Source of the DNA: the human T2T-CHM13v2.0 reference genome, Homo sapiens
Assembly (NCBI RefSeq): GCF_009914755.1
Contig: NC_060926.1
Length of the DNA: 64,000 bases
Strand: one strand, 5' to 3'
Shown here: positions 62,346-64,000 of the stretch, one piece after another
How positions within the stretch are numbered: position 1 is the first letter of the stretch
How the letters are laid out: every line of letters begins with the position of its first letter
Notes under the pieces: generated by a model
What the model was told of the DNA's origin: nothing
The model's database searches: none
What the model saw: only the letters and a program-made list of their open reading frames with translations
Made by a program: the position numbers and the translations under genes

Positions 62346-64000
62346 GGTTCTAAAACATTTTCTAAATCAGAGGACATAGGGTTAAAAGGAAATTGCAGAG
62401 GTAGTCCATCAAGAGGATATCCTCTGAATGCGTGGGCCATATTTGTTCTTTAAATATTCGTGGGTAATGGATGCAGTGAGAGAGTGTTCAGATGAGGACT
62501 GACAGCCAACCAGAGGCTACGAAATGAAAATAAAATTGTGCTCATTTATGAGGGGCATTAGCTACATTGAAAATTATTTTAAAGCATATGGAAGTTTTTT
62601 GTAGGTTCCCATTTCCATTGGAAGATTCATATCGTTCCCTTGCGTATCCACATATCAAAACATTACCAAGCCTTTTGACAGATCATTTTTACTCTTTTAA
62701 AGGCCTTTTAAGAAACTAACCCCATGATAGAAGCATTTGGAAGTTTTTCCGTGGTACTTAAATCTCTCTTGTCGTGAGTGTATTAATTCCAAACTCTAAG
62801 ACAACCTACATCATCACTCCTGAGGTCTAAATAAGCCACTGTCTTTCCAGCTCAACACACACAGAACAGGGAAACAAATTTGTATATATATAAAAGTTGC
62901 AGTCAAGGTCTCATTTGTACTTGCTGCCTATTTCGTACCAGAATTATATGCCCTGAGATAGGGAGCTTTTTACTGGTAGTTGGCAGTTGCCCAGAGGCTG
63001 CAAACTAAAAACAGAAGAGGAAATGTTGTACTGCATTTTAATTCCCTTCAGACTTCAAATAGGGCATTTTCCTTTTGGTCCTAAACTCAGTACACTTCAG
63101 GGCATGGGGCTGAGAAAGAAAATCTATGACCTCAGGGAGAGAATGTACTTTCAAATGTGTCTGTTTCCCCCCGCTACTTCCTTTTTGTCTCCTGGTGGTT
63201 TGGTATATCTTTTTTGAACACCAACACTTTCTTTTTGTTTCTAAAATTGGTTTCTAGCGTTATGACTTCCCTTTTAAGGCCTGGGTTGTTTTTAACTTTT
63301 ACACAGCCATCAATTCCTGTGGAGGCTCTCTCACATGGCTGTGCACTTCCCAATCACTTTTGTGAGTCCATCTTCTAACAATTATCTGACTGCTCTATTT
63401 TCTCATGCATCACTCTCCTTAGCGTCTGCTGGTAACACTTTAAATACTCAGGCTTGACTGAGCAGACCTCTCTGTGACCTGCAGTCCTTCCTCAAATGGG
63501 TTCATGTTTTCTAATACACATCTTCTGGAAGCAATCTATTTTCCCAGTAGCTGCGGAATACTTCCCTTTCAACTTTTTATGCACGTAAAGTCTAGCAAAA
63601 CTTATTATCTATAAACTCTGCAGTATGGTATTAGTTCATGGCTAAAATAAAAGGTAGCACAGAGGAAATAATAGGATAATACTTAGACTATTACTGTTGT
63701 GTAAACATGTTAGAGCTCAGGGAGAGAAGATTCAAGATTTCTCCTATGAGCTTTTTCTACCCAAGAGAACTGCCATTTCTAGTATTCTCGAAATTGAAGC
63801 AATGGTATAAAAAAAAAAAAGAAGTAAATTGGACTGAGATGTAGCCTTAAGACTTTTTCAATGCTTTAGTGAAAAACTAAAGCAAGTTAACAGAAATGAA
63901 AATGAAATGAAGGATCTTTCCTGGCAAATAAACCACTCCTCAGGCAAAAGTTTGGTACTTTTATACAAGAAAGCAACTTTCCATTAGGGGCAATTTAAGA

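Overview
AT-rich primate DNA, almost certainly human, from inside the giant gene LRP1B, which is transcribed on the minus strand. The only real coding sequence is a 138-bp internal exon at 8674-8811 (-). The ORF track misses it. It encodes (C)[45 protein letters not shown](E), the second LDL-receptor class A repeat, which I recognise from memory as LRP1B exon 3. Bases 8812-64000 are therefore the 3' part of intron 2 and 1-8673 the start of intron 3. The rest is repeats and unique intronic DNA: about 13 Alus, a 5'-truncated L1PA, four solo LTRs, small DNA transposons (MER47, MER30, MER53, MER5, MER3, MADE1), MIR/L2 relics and microsatellites. The listed ORFs are Alu/L1 translations or chance ORFs. 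I found no new gene system. The most unusual structures are an old ~365-bp local duplication with an Alu in one copy only, a nested inverted Alu pair with a fold-back insertion, a near-identical 28-bp motif repeated 1.35 kb apart, a gene-sense L1 just upstream of the exon, and a nested LTR/transposon/Alu stack. Repeat family names come from recalled consensus sequences, not a database search.
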